Source of the DNA: a bacterium
Lineage (GTDB): Bacteria; Babelota; Babeliae; Babelales; UBA12409
Assembly (NCBI GenBank): GCA_021823685.1
Contig: JAKANL010000006.1
Span: 233 to 64,232, forward strand
Direction: 5' to 3'
DNA length: 64,000 nt
In this document: piece after piece, positions 1 to 9,411 of the stretch
Layout of the letters: each line of letters begins with the position of its first letter
Numbering within the stretch: the first letter of the stretch is position 1
Program-made: the position numbers and the translations under genes
The notes under the pieces: generated by a model
What the model was told of the DNA's origin: nothing
The model's database searches: none
The model's input: the letters and a program-made list of their open reading frames with translations, nothing else

Positions 1-460
1 GGTGCGCGATAAAAAGATCGGCGCAATGAGAAATGAGTTGATCACAAAGAACTGCTGGCGCATTGGTGTACCCGAGCGTATTGAGCAACTTGACCGTTGT
101 AGGCTGATCGAGGTTGGCAATGTCTTTTTTGCCTGCCATGATGTCTTGCAAAAGATCAAACGTAGCAGCGTCAGTACTTATGGGTATTTCTTGATCTAAT
201 TTTTTGATAGTGACGGGCTGTCCGTGAGCGTCGTTTATACTGGTGTCGACCAGGTGCGCCGCTTCCATGGCCAGAAAGAGGCCAGCTGCGCCGTCTGCTT
301 CGGCAAAGAATGATGTGACCTTGCGGGTTTCTGGGTTATAAGAGCCCATAATCTGCCGTATTTGATTATCAGTAGTTTTTAAATCAAGAAGCACGTGGAT
401 CTGATTGCCAAAGCACGGTAGGAAGATAAGTGACAATAAGAAAAATAACGATTTATTCAT
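1..460 (-). CDS. Partial (runs off window start) paralog of the secreted WD40 protein at 471-2300
   Basis: 1-460 aligns without indels to 1841-2300 (offset 1840), near-identical except the signal peptide; ATG at 460, frame appears open. Confidence 0.85.
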   Translation of the reverse strand, partial: MNKSLFFLLSLIFLPCFGNQIHVLLDLKTTDNQIRQIMGSYNPETRKVTSFFAEADGAAGLFLAMEAAHLVDTSINDAHGQPVTIKKLDQEIPISTDAATFDLLQDIMAGKKDIANLDQPTTVKLLNTLGYTNAPAVLCDQLISHCADLFIAH

Positions 461-470
461 AACAACTCCA

Positions 471-2300
471 TTATTTTTTAAAAATGCCTTTCATGGTTGC
501 ATAAACAGAGCCCAGAGTTCTCAAAAATAAGCCAGGAAAGGCATGGTTAGTTCGTCGATTAACCCAAACGCGTTGGTCTCTCGGTAAATTACGGTAAATC
601 GGTCGCAAGTTGATAATTTCTTGGGCAGTAAGGCGCGGATTGAGTGCAACGCGAGTTATGAGTGCAAGGCGTCTTAATTCGGTTTCACTCAAATCTAAAA
701 TAGAGTTAAATCGAGGCATCCATGCCAATTGCCAGATACATGTCTTGTGATTCTCGCATGCGGTGATGATCTGACGGCCATCAGGAGAAAAGGTTGCGCT
801 CCCGTTGGCGGTAGGGTGATGAAGTGTCTGTAAGAGGGTGCCATTGGTATCCCAGAGATACGCGTTGGAATCATAATAGCCTGTGGTAAGGATCTGGTGG
901 CCATCGGGAGAAAAGGTTGCTGATCTGATTGTGTCGGGATGTTGAAGCGTTTGTAAGATAGTGCCATTCGTGCCCCAGAGGTACGCATTGGAATCATAAA
1001 AGCCTGTGGTAAGGATTTGGTGGCCATCGGGAGAAAAGGTTGCGCTCTCGACGCGGGCCGGGTGATGAAGTGTTTGCAAGAGGGTGCCATTGGTGTCCCA
1101 GAGATACGCGTTGGAATCATAAAAGCCTGTGGTAAGGATTTGGTGGCCATCGGGAGAAAAGGTTGCGCTCCTGGTGCGGGCAGGGTGATGAAATGTTTGT
1201 AGGAGGGTGCCATTGGTATTCCAGAGATATACGTTGTGATTCTCGCATGCGATAAGGATCTGGTGGCCATCGGGAGAAAAGGTTACGCTCCAGGTGTGGG
1301 CAGGGTGATGAAGTGTTTGTAAGAGGGTGCCATTGGTATCCCAGAGATATACGTTGTGATTCTCGCATGCGATAAGGATCTGGTGGCCATCGGGAGAAAA
1401 GGTTGCGCTCCAGGTGTGGGTAGGGTGATGAAGTCTTTGTAAGAGGGTGCCATTGGTATCCCAGAGATATGCGTTGTGACCACGGACGCATCTGGTAAGG
1501 ATTTGGTGGCCATCGGGAGAAAAGGTTGCGCTCTTGACGCGGGCCGGGTGCTGAAGTGTTTGTAAGAGGGTGCCATTCGTATCCCAGAGATACGTGTTGT
1601 TATCAACGCATGCGGTAAGGATCCGGTGGCCATCGGGAGAGAAGGCTGCTGATCTGGCCGCGTCGGGATGTTTAAATGTTTGAGCGATTTGCCAGGGGCT
1701 ATGTGGGAGAACGTGAGCTTTGAAGCGATCGTGGAGATTATTGCGAGCTGCTTCAATCAAAGGGGCGTTTTGTATATAAAGTAATGGGGCGTTGGCATCA
1801 TCGCCCGCGGTAATGCAGCCAAAGGGACAGCGCTGTTCAGGGTGCGCTATAAAAAAATCGACGCAGCGCGAGACGAGTTGATCACAAAGAACTGCTGGCG
1901 CATTTGTGTAAACGAGCGTATTGAGCAACTTGACCGTTGTAGGCTGATCGAGGTTGGCAATGTCTTTTTTGCCTGCCATGATGTCTTGCAAAAGATCAAA
2001 CGTAGCAGCGTCAGTACTTATGGGTATTTCTTGATCCAATTTTTTGATAGTGACGGGCTGGCCGTGAGCGTCGTTTATACTGGTATCGACCAGGTGCGCC
2101 GCTTCCATGGCCAGAAAGAGGCCAGCTGCGCCGTCTGCTTCGGCAAAGAATGATGTGACCTTGCGGGTTTCTGGGTTATAAGAGCCCATAATCTGCCGTA
2201 TTTGATTATCAGTAGTTTTTAAATCAAGAAGCACGTGGATCTGATTGCCAACACAGGGCAAGCAGATCAGCGATAATAAGAAAAGTAATAATTTATTCAT
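471..2300 (-). CDS. Secreted WD40-repeat protein (8 repeats) with Skp1/BTB-like N-terminal region; putative effector
   Basis: Signal peptide MNKLLLFLLSLICLPCVG; 8 x HP..SATFSPDGHQIL...YLWDTNG repeats. Confidence 0.9.
   Translation of the reverse strand: MNKLLLFLLSLICLPCVGNQIHVLLDLKTTDNQIRQIMGSYNPETRKVTSFFAEADGAAGLFLAMEAAHLVDTSINDAHGQPVTIKKLDQEIPISTDAATFDLLQDIMAGKKDIANLDQPTTVKLLNTLVYTNAPAVLCDQLVSRCVDFFIAHPEQRCPFGCITAGDDANAPLLYIQNAPLIEAARNNLHDRFKAHVLPHSPWQIAQTFKHPDAARSAAFSPDGHRILTACVDNNTYLWDTNGTLLQTLQHPARVKSATFSPDGHQILTRCVRGHNAYLWDTNGTLLQRLHHPTHTWSATFSPDGHQILIACENHNVYLWDTNGTLLQTLHHPAHTWSVTFSPDGHQILIACENHNVYLWNTNGTLLQTFHHPARTRSATFSPDGHQILTTGFYDSNAYLWDTNGTLLQTLHHPARVESATFSPDGHQILTTGFYDSNAYLWGTNGTILQTLQHPDTIRSATFSPDGHQILTTGYYDSNAYLWDTNGTLLQTLHHPTANGSATFSPDGRQIITACENHKTCIWQLAWMPRFNSILDLSETELRRLALITRVALNPRLTAQEIINLRPIYRNLPRDQRVWVNRRTNHAFPGLFLRTLGSVYATMKGIFKK
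730..1670 (-). repeat. Tandem 120/123-bp DNA repeats encoding the WD40 blades
   Basis: Core ggtggccatcgggagaaaaggttgc (or variant) at 773, 896, 1019, 1142, 1262, 1382, 1505, 1625. Confidence 0.95.
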
Positions 2301-2505
2301 AATAACCCCATTTTCTCAATAAACACACAATTTTAAATATTATTTTTAAATTATTTATATTTTATCACAGATTGGAATATTCGTCAAGTCCGATTATACG
2401 ATCTTAGCCGTAAAAATCAGCGGTTTGCCAACTTCGATTTTGGAGATTTGCATTGCTTTGGTAAACTATGAGAAAGCCTTGAAAATGACGTTGAGGAAAA
2501 ACTGC

Positions 2506-3195
2506 ATGATAACCCATTTAGCCCTCATTATGGATGGCAATCGCCGCTGGGCGCGGGCTCGCGGATTGCCCGCTTTTGTGGGCCATAAGGCCGGGACAGA
2601 AGCGCTGCAAGCGATTGCGGGCTACTGCCTGAAAAAAGAAATTAAGCATTTATCGCTGTATACGTTTTCGATTGAAAATTTGAAAAGAACCGCCGAGGAA
2701 AAGGGGTATTTATTTGATCTGGTCGCGCAATTCATTCGGGCCAATCTCACACGTATTGTCCAAGAGGGTATTCGCGTGCGTTTTATCGGCGATCGGACGT
2801 TATTCCCCGATTCAATACAGGCCATATGCGATGAGCTTGCGCGGGAAACGGCCGAACTAGAACGGCTTAACGTTAATGTTCTTTTTTGCTATGGTGGCCA
2901 GCAAGAAATTATTGCTGCAACCAAAGAATGCATGCGGCGTGCGTGCGAAGGCACGCTGAGTGAAGACGAATTAACCGTCGAATCATTTGCCAAGATGCTC
3001 TGGAGCGGGTATTCTCCGGCGCCGGAGGTTGTTATTCGCACGGGCGGCGTTGCGCGTCTGAGCAATTTTTTGCTTTTTTCTTCTGCGTACAGCGAGCTTT
3101 TTTTTACAAACACCTTGTGGCCGGATTTTTCTGAACAAGAATTAGATGAAATACTCGGGCGCTACGCCCATATAAAAAGGAATTTTGGAAAATGA
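2506..3195 (+). CDS. uppS: Undecaprenyl diphosphate synthase
   Basis: HLALIMDGNRRWA, FSIEN, IRTGG..RLSNFLL, LWPDF; start chosen at ATG 2506 after GAGG. Confidence 0.95.
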   Translation: MITHLALIMDGNRRWARARGLPAFVGHKAGTEALQAIAGYCLKKEIKHLSLYTFSIENLKRTAEEKGYLFDLVAQFIRANLTRIVQEGIRVRFIGDRTLFPDSIQAICDELARETAELERLNVNVLFCYGGQQEIIAATKECMRRACEGTLSEDELTVESFAKMLWSGYSPAPEVVIRTGGVARLSNFLLFSSAYSELFFTNTLWPDFSEQELDEILGRYAHIKRNFGK

Positions 3196-4178
3196 AGCCG
3201 ATAGCCATTCTGGGCGAGGGGGCGTGGGGTACGGCGATTGCATCAGTGTTGGCACATAACGGTTACCCTGTGAGATTATGGTGTCACGATGCTTCCATTG
3301 CCACACAAATCACCCGTGATCATTGCAATGATCGTTACATGCCCATGCAACCAATACACCAATTAATTATTGCTACCCCATCATTGCAGGAGGCGGTAAC
3401 CGATGCCGCCCATATTTTTATTTCAACGCCCGTTGAATTTTTTAGGCAGATTGTTATGCAAAGTAGGCCATGGGTGCAGCCATCACAGCCGTTGGTCGTG
3501 CTCAGCAAGGGCATTGAAAATGAAACGTGCGCATTACCTGCGCAGATTATCGCTCAGGTGCTTGGAGCGTCGACGCCATGTGCCGTTGTTGCTGGGCCCA
3601 GTTTTGCCAAAGAAGTGATGACCAAGCAACTGACCGGCGTGAGCGTTGCTGCTGTTGATCAGCAGTTAGCCAAGGCGGTTGCAGGTTTGCTTGAGTGCCA
3701 TTATATTCGTCCTTTTTTGACTGACGATGTTATTGGCGTGCAATGCGGCGGTGCATTCAAAAATGTTATGGCCGTAATGATAGGTATTGCCGAGGGGGCA
3801 GGATTTTCAGATAATACCAAAGCGCTGCTCTTAACGCGCGGCTGGCGCGATGTGCTTGCACTATCGGCTGTGTTGGGTGCGCGCAGTGAAACATTATCTG
3901 GGTTGGCCGGTATTGGCGATTTATTTCTAACGCTGACGGGCCGATACAGTAAAAATTTGGATGTTGGGCATCGGCTGGGACAAGGGGTTCCCTTGCACAC
4001 CATTATTGAACAAACCGGATATATTCCCGAAGGCGTGAATACGATTAAAGCGGTCAGACAGTTTCTGGCGCGTCAAGAAATGAGTCTGCCACTTCTTGAG
4101 CATTTATTTGCAGTGGTATTTGAAGAGGCCCCGGCTGCATTTCTTGTACAAGCAATTGTACCGTCGGTGGATTACTGA
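3192..4178 (+). CDS. gpsA: NAD(P)H-dependent glycerol-3-phosphate dehydrogenase
   Basis: GEGAWGTA, SKGIE, GPSFAKE, GAFKN, GLAGIGDL. Confidence 0.95.
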   Translation: MKPIAILGEGAWGTAIASVLAHNGYPVRLWCHDASIATQITRDHCNDRYMPMQPIHQLIIATPSLQEAVTDAAHIFISTPVEFFRQIVMQSRPWVQPSQPLVVLSKGIENETCALPAQIIAQVLGASTPCAVVAGPSFAKEVMTKQLTGVSVAAVDQQLAKAVAGLLECHYIRPFLTDDVIGVQCGGAFKNVMAVMIGIAEGAGFSDNTKALLLTRGWRDVLALSAVLGARSETLSGLAGIGDLFLTLTGRYSKNLDVGHRLGQGVPLHTIIEQTGYIPEGVNTIKAVRQFLARQEMSLPLLEHLFAVVFEEAPAAFLVQAIVPSVDY

Positions 4179-4827
4179 GCTTAATAAGCGAGCCGGGAAG
4201 CGGCCGCTGTTCTACCACATGATATTGCCGTGTTGAGCTTATGGTTTCCTCTGGATATACCGTGTTGATCGGTATGTGCTGACGATTAAAAAATTCGGTA
4301 ACTTCAGTGAGCTGATGCTGCGCAACGTTGGGTAGCACGTACCAGTTGTTGGTATTTTGCGCACTATACAGATGAATGGTTTCTGGTAACTCGCTGCCGG
4401 GCGCCGGATCCTGCGCGACAATGGTTCCGGTTGGTGCGTTACTTTCAATAATACTGTGTTTGTAACTGATACCTTCTTTTTTGAGTTGGCTATCGGCATT
4501 TTCCAGGGTTTGTCCGAGCAGCGAAGGGGTCTTTTGTTTGGCGGGTGTTTTGGCGATAACGATAAGAACGGCGTGGTGCGGCCTTACGCGTAACGTGGCG
4601 TGTGGTTCCTGGCTAATAATGGTTTCAGGCGGGAGTGTTGAATCTTCTTTTTCGCCGACAACGCGCAGGCTCAACTGCTGGTCAGAAAGTAACTTTGCGC
4701 CTTGTGCCAACGGAAGCCCGACAACAGGTGGTATCGTGACCGCGTTTGGCGTAAAAATGAGGCTGGCGATAATATAACCAACCACAAAACAGGCGAACGG
4801 GACGAGCCAGAGAAACGATTTGCACAT
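4054..4827 (-). CDS. Membrane-anchored PASTA-domain protein
   Basis: N-terminal TM followed by three P.(V/L).G...Q.P.PG PASTA-like repeats. Confidence 0.8.
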   Translation of the reverse strand: MCKSFLWLVPFACFVVGYIIASLIFTPNAVTIPPVVGLPLAQGAKLLSDQQLSLRVVGEKEDSTLPPETIISQEPHATLRVRPHHAVLIVIAKTPAKQKTPSLLGQTLENADSQLKKEGISYKHSIIESNAPTGTIVAQDPAPGSELPETIHLYSAQNTNNWYVLPNVAQHQLTEVTEFFNRQHIPINTVYPEETISSTRQYHVVEQRPLPGSLIKLSNPPTVQLLVQEMQPGPLQIPLQINAQEVADSFLDAPETV

Positions 4828-4857
4828 ATTAATATATCTTTCTCTTGAATAATTTTT

Positions 4858-5217
4858 ACGGCATGCAGTAAGCCGGATTCTGTGCGCACACCTGCGTGTA
4901 CGTGGTAATCATGTATCTGAGCGGCATACCCGTGCATCAAACCGGAATGAAGAACCGTCTGCACCTATTTTGCCTTGCCCCGGGCAGGGTTTGCCCCTCG
5001 TACGCATTGCTACGTACGACCGTGCGCTCTTACCGCACATTTTCACCCTTACCGCCTTGCAGCGGCGGTTATTTTCTGTGGCACTATCCATGCATATATC
5101 TTGCGATATACACCCCATACGCGAATCTTACGATTCTGGTATGGTACCCACTTCATTAGGAGTCCGGACTTTCCTCTTGCCGCAACGAGTGCGACAAGCG
5201 ATTACCTTGCATGCCGT
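4858..5217 (-). ncRNA. rnpB: RNase P RNA
   Basis: Minus strand has GAGGAAAGTCC, GTGCCACAGAAAA, GGTAAGGGTGAAA, ACAGAATCCGGCTTA; terminal P1 helix ACGGCATGCA/TGCATGCCGT. Confidence 0.95.
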
Positions 5218-5678
5218 ATTTTTTCAAAGATTACATACATTATTAACAGTACTATTACGTTAACACAAAATTGCTTAATTGTATACAAAAAACCAAGCGA
5301 ATGTTGGCGGCATAAGAGGAGCAAATGCCAGGCCAGGAGCCAGAAACTGAAGGTGACCAGTAATGCCAAAAGGCGCGTATCAACCCACGTGCGGCTCAGT
5401 TTAGTCAGGGCTACGGCAATGAGCGTGGCAAGAATGGCTGGCTCGATTGATCCAAAGACGAGTAATGAAAGCAAACAGAGACCAAAAACTGTGGCTATGA
5501 GTAATGATCGTGGTGCGTATACATTGAGTCCGAAAATAAAAAGACACCAGGTTGTTTGCAGGGTTGGCGTTTGTTGCCAGGTAAACCACGCCAGATCGAG
5601 CATGAAGCAACCAGCTAGAACGATGATATAAAATGGAAAAACGATTAGTGGATGCGCTAAATTAAAACGCGTTGACAT
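5202..5678 (-). CDS. Hypothetical multi-pass membrane protein (MreD-like size and topology)
   Basis: 158 aa, about 5 hydrophobic segments; family not recognised. Confidence 0.6.
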   Translation of the reverse strand: MSTRFNLAHPLIVFPFYIIVLAGCFMLDLAWFTWQQTPTLQTTWCLFIFGLNVYAPRSLLIATVFGLCLLSLLVFGSIEPAILATLIAVALTKLSRTWVDTRLLALLVTFSFWLLAWHLLLLCRQHSLGFLYTIKQFCVNVIVLLIMYVIFEKIRHAR

Positions 5679-5698
5679 CAGTTACCCTTTGCTGTTTT

Positions 5699-5817
5699 CC
5701 GTCGTCGCCAAGGCTGTCCCACCCTTCGCATAAAGCTTCCGCCGTCGTCAAGACTTCCAGCCTTCGCATGAAGCTACGGCGGACAAGATGGCGGACAGGT
5801 CGGCGGGCACGGCCGGA
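5699..5817. repeat. Nested cluster of REP-like palindromic units
   Basis: Intact unit ccagccttcgcatgaagctacggcggacaag at 5757-5787 flanked by split halves of related units. Confidence 0.75.
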
Positions 5818-5940
5818 TTTCGCGCGATATGCAGGCTCGAAAGTCGATACGCGCTTCACCAGCGTACGCAAAATACGCGCGATCCGCAACGCGCGGTTAC
5901 GAGATAATCCTGTGTGAGGACCACACTGAAAAGATATAAT

Positions 5941-6465
5941 TTATTCAATACAGCAGTTAATAATTTTTTTGACCAAGTCACCAATGCGATCGAGAACGCT
6001 TTTCTTGGTATCGGTTTTATTGAGCTGTCTTTCGTCAATTTGTTTGACGGCTGAAACATCGATCATATTGAGGTTGAGCGCCCAAAAAAGTGAGTAGAGC
6101 GTATATGCCTTTGCAAATAAATCTGCGGCTTCAGTTTTTTTATTTTGCCCCATATATTTCGTTCCCACTTCAAGCAGGCGCATGGTTGCGGCCAAGAGAT
6201 GTTTTGAAATGCACCAGACTTCGCCTTCGGGGTTTTTGACCAGTTTGGCGAGCAGTTCCTTGCGCATGGTGCGCGTTTGATCGAGCAAATCATAGTATGA
6301 TGGCTTGCCCGTTTTTGCCCCGGTAAAAAAGAAATGCTCTTCAAGTGAGATCAGATTCATAACAGCAACAGATAAATCTTCATCAAGCGATAAATCGAGT
6401 GCTTGTTGCTTACAGGCTTCTAGTTTTTTAAGTAATTCCTCGGGCGTCAGTTTTTCCATGATCAT
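5941..6465 (-). CDS. Hypothetical protein
   Basis: 174-aa ORF coupled to upstream gene; LEEH, WCISKHLL, C-terminal CCIE. Confidence 0.8.
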   Translation of the reverse strand: MIMEKLTPEELLKKLEACKQQALDLSLDEDLSVAVMNLISLEEHFFFTGAKTGKPSYYDLLDQTRTMRKELLAKLVKNPEGEVWCISKHLLAATMRLLEVGTKYMGQNKKTEAADLFAKAYTLYSLFWALNLNMIDVSAVKQIDERQLNKTDTKKSVLDRIGDLVKKIINCCIE

Positions 6466-6468
6466 CCC

Positions 6469-6948
6469 CTACGGTATAAGAAGTGCAATGAGTGTGACGA
6501 TAGTAATTAAAGCGACAGGTATAATGACTTTTTGAAAGGCAAAGAGTTGTCTCCCGTTACGGTGTGTTTTTATTTCATAGTGTATCCATATGCCGGTTAA
6601 GAAAGCCCATCCGCCCAACGCCATGCCAAACCATAACCGTTTGATTCCTCCGATAAGCGCGCCCGATTGCGTATCAAGGGTCCAGAAAAGAAATGCGATA
6701 CTTGCGCCATATACCAAGCCGGTAATCCACTGAGTTGTTTTCGATTTATCTTGTAACCAGTGCCAAATCCAGAGTGTGAGTGAGGCAATGAGGCCGCCGG
6801 CCCAAATACCGGTAATTAAATCGTCGATGGCAAGCCAACGTGATAGGCCAACGCCGGCCCCGATTGTGACGGTGCACAGTGGACAAATGGCGTGTATTGA
6901 TACAATGACACTCAATGGAATAACGGTTAATAATTTCTTCAGACGCAT
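6469..6948 (-). CDS. Hypothetical membrane protein with CPLC motif
   Basis: HAICPLCT followed by 4-5 TM segments. Confidence 0.75.
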   Translation of the reverse strand: MRLKKLLTVIPLSVIVSIHAICPLCTVTIGAGVGLSRWLAIDDLITGIWAGGLIASLTLWIWHWLQDKSKTTQWITGLVYGASIAFLFWTLDTQSGALIGGIKRLWFGMALGGWAFLTGIWIHYEIKTHRNGRQLFAFQKVIIPVALITIVTLIALLIP

Positions 6949-7089
6949 GGGAAACCCCCTCCATAGACTTCAGGTACCATGATACGCGATTTTATTACAA
7001 ACATTCAATATTTTTATTACGGCTGGCGACAAAATGGCTTAGTTTCGCGCCTTTTGGACCCGGTGTGGCGAGCGTGATATACTCAGGAT

Positions 7090-8976
7090 ATGAAGTTGCG
7101 CTATTACGTGATTTTGAGTTCAGTGGTTTTTTTGGCGACCACGCTTGGCGTGGTCTCTTTTGTCTTGCATAGTTACGTGATCGATTTTTCGTCTTTGGCC
7201 TGCTACTCATCGGGGCGGGCGTCGATTGTGCTTGATGATGCGGGCAATGAGCTTATGCGCTTTGAGCTTGATCGGCGCGATCCGATTGCGCTTAACGAGA
7301 TTCCGCTGCACGTGCAACAGGCATTTATTACGTCAGAGGATCGTAACTTTTTTAACCATTGCGGTATTTCCTGGTATTCAATCATTCGCTCTATTTGTGT
7401 TAACGTGTATCGCATGCGCCGTGCGCAAGGCGCCAGTACGATTACGCAACAGCTCGTTCGCTTGTTGTATTTGGATTGTAAAAAAACGTTCGTTCGTAAA
7501 ATCAAAGAGCAGGTTTGTGCGTTATTGGTTGAACGCCAATTTTCTAAAGAACAGATTCTGCAGACCTATCTTAATCATGTCTATTTCGGGTTTGGCGTGT
7601 ATGGCATTGAAGCGGCCGCGCAGCGTTTTTGGGGCATTTCAGCCAAAGAATTAACGGTGGATCAGGGTGCAGCGCTCGCCGCAATTGTGCGCTGTCCGGC
7701 TCGCTATAATCCGCTCGTTAATCCAGAAATTACGCATCGTTTACGCGATACCATTTTATTGGGCATGACGCAGATGGGCTATATTACGCAGCAGCAATGC
7801 ACGCAGGCACGGCAAGCGCCGCTCGGTGTTAGCCAGAAAAGTGCCGCGGGTTCATTTATGCCTCACGGCAAGGAGGCTATTCGTCAGTTTGTTGAAGAGC
7901 GTGTAGGGCGGCATGCGCTGTACACCGGCGGGCTCATTATTCAGACAACGATTAATCGCTCTTTTCAGGAATTAGCCAGCAAAGAATTTACGGCGCAGTG
8001 CTATAAATTACGTCAAGAATTAAATCGTCATGTCGATGGCGCATTAATTACGATCGCCGTTGAGTCCGGCGAAATTAAGGCGCTTGTGGGTGGCTGTAAT
8101 TTTAGAGAATCGCAATTTAACCGCGCTCTTCAGGCGCGGCGTCAGATGGGATCGGTGTTTAAACCGCTTATTTATGCAGCAGCCCTGATGCAGGGACGAT
8201 CGTTTAAGGATACCGATATCGATGAGCCGGCAGAATTTATTAATGGCACGAATGTATGGCGTCCGCAAAATAGTACCGGGGAATTTGAGGGCGAAATGAC
8301 GTTGGCGCGCGCGCTTTCGCTTTCTAATAATATTATTGCGATCAAAACGTTATTGCGTACCGGTATCGACCGTGTGATTGCGCTGGCTAAAAAGTGTCAC
8401 GTAACGGCCGATTTGCCGCCATACGCCTCACTTGCCCTGGGTTGCATTGATGTGACGACCAAGCAGGTTGCCGAGGTTTTTAATATTTTTGCTCATAACG
8501 GCGTGTACGTTGAGCCATACCTGATCAGGTGGGTCAAAGATGGGTGGGGCAATAAAATATACCGCCATGAACCGTTTTCTGAGCGGGTCATGCCGGCACG
8601 TATTGCTGGCCAAGTTAATCGGGTATTGGCGTTAGGTATCAAACGCTACTGCGATCGCATGCAAGTGCATGATCTGGCGTGTGAGGCCATTGGTAAAACG
8701 GGAACAACCAATGATTCACGAACGTGTTGGTTTGTTGGTTCAACGCCACGCCTAACAACGAGTATTTATATTGGCAGCGATGATAACACCCCGTTGGGGC
8801 ATAATATTTATCCAATTTGGACGGCGTTCCCAATATGGTTGCAATTGCATCGTACGCTTGATAACGCTCGTGCGCAGTTTGTGTTCGATTCTACGCTTAA
8901 ACAAATAACCATAGACGCAAAGACCGGCTGTCCGGTATCACCAGAAAATCCTGAAGCGCTTACGATCTACGAATAA
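7090..8976 (+). CDS. Class A penicillin-binding protein (PBP1A family)
   Basis: Transglycosylase EDRNF, GASTITQQL, RKIKE; transpeptidase SVFK, SNN, KTGT. Confidence 0.93.
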   Translation: MKLRYYVILSSVVFLATTLGVVSFVLHSYVIDFSSLACYSSGRASIVLDDAGNELMRFELDRRDPIALNEIPLHVQQAFITSEDRNFFNHCGISWYSIIRSICVNVYRMRRAQGASTITQQLVRLLYLDCKKTFVRKIKEQVCALLVERQFSKEQILQTYLNHVYFGFGVYGIEAAAQRFWGISAKELTVDQGAALAAIVRCPARYNPLVNPEITHRLRDTILLGMTQMGYITQQQCTQARQAPLGVSQKSAAGSFMPHGKEAIRQFVEERVGRHALYTGGLIIQTTINRSFQELASKEFTAQCYKLRQELNRHVDGALITIAVESGEIKALVGGCNFRESQFNRALQARRQMGSVFKPLIYAAALMQGRSFKDTDIDEPAEFINGTNVWRPQNSTGEFEGEMTLARALSLSNNIIAIKTLLRTGIDRVIALAKKCHVTADLPPYASLALGCIDVTTKQVAEVFNIFAHNGVYVEPYLIRWVKDGWGNKIYRHEPFSERVMPARIAGQVNRVLALGIKRYCDRMQVHDLACEAIGKTGTTNDSRTCWFVGSTPRLTTSIYIGSDDNTPLGHNIYPIWTAFPIWLQLHRTLDNARAQFVFDSTLKQITIDAKTGCPVSPENPEALTIYE

Positions 8977-9356
8977 ACGACGCGTACGGGTTTGTTTTTG
9001 AGGTAGCCAATACCCTTGTAGGTGACGAGATCGCCTAGTTTTTGGAGACGATCTGATAACGCCTGAACGTCGAGAATTTTCCAACCATTGTTATTGATAA
9101 GCTGATTACTTATTTGTAAGCATCTCAGTTCGGCGTAACGGTGAATAATAGGCAGCTGAACACGGCTATCATTAATCGAGCGTGCATCCTCTTTTTGTCG
9201 CGATATGGCATCATTGTATGAAGTGTGACCAACGTCAGAAAGCGCCTGTGCGGCTCGCGGGATTTGATTGATGTGGCAATCGATAAGCGCGTCAGGGAGC
9301 GGGACGGCAGATGCCGCGGTATACGCAAGAAACGCAAAAATAATACCCCTTTTCAT
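8967..9356 (-). CDS. Hypothetical secreted protein
   Basis: Signal peptide MKRGIIFAFLAYTAASA, strong GGAGG SD. Confidence 0.75.
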   Translation of the reverse strand: MKRGIIFAFLAYTAASAVPLPDALIDCHINQIPRAAQALSDVGHTSYNDAISRQKEDARSINDSRVQLPIIHRYAELRCLQISNQLINNNGWKILDVQALSDRLQKLGDLVTYKGIGYLKNKPVRVVYS

Positions 9357-9411
9357 GATATCCTCCCTTTTTTTTAATCGTAGCAGCTTTTAAATCACAA
9401 TAGCAATGTTT

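Noticed and set aside
730-1670. CRISPR array or DGR template/variable repeat
   Set aside because: Units are in-frame 120/123-bp WD40 codons, variation is not adenine-specific, and there is no cas or reverse transcriptase gene in the window
695-1756. Alternative-frame repetitive ORFs (695-1270, 1117-1491, 1283-1756)
   Set aside because: Shadows of the WD40 repeat DNA
4054-4178. 125-bp convergent overlap of gpsA and the PASTA gene
   Set aside because: Probably a stop-codon extension in a compact genome; no sign of function
4896-5631. ORFs overlapping 4858-5217
   Set aside because: Explained by rnpB and the antisense of the membrane gene
5662-5917. 75-81 aa Arg-rich ORFs
   Set aside because: Largely translations of the GC-rich nested repeats; no protein features
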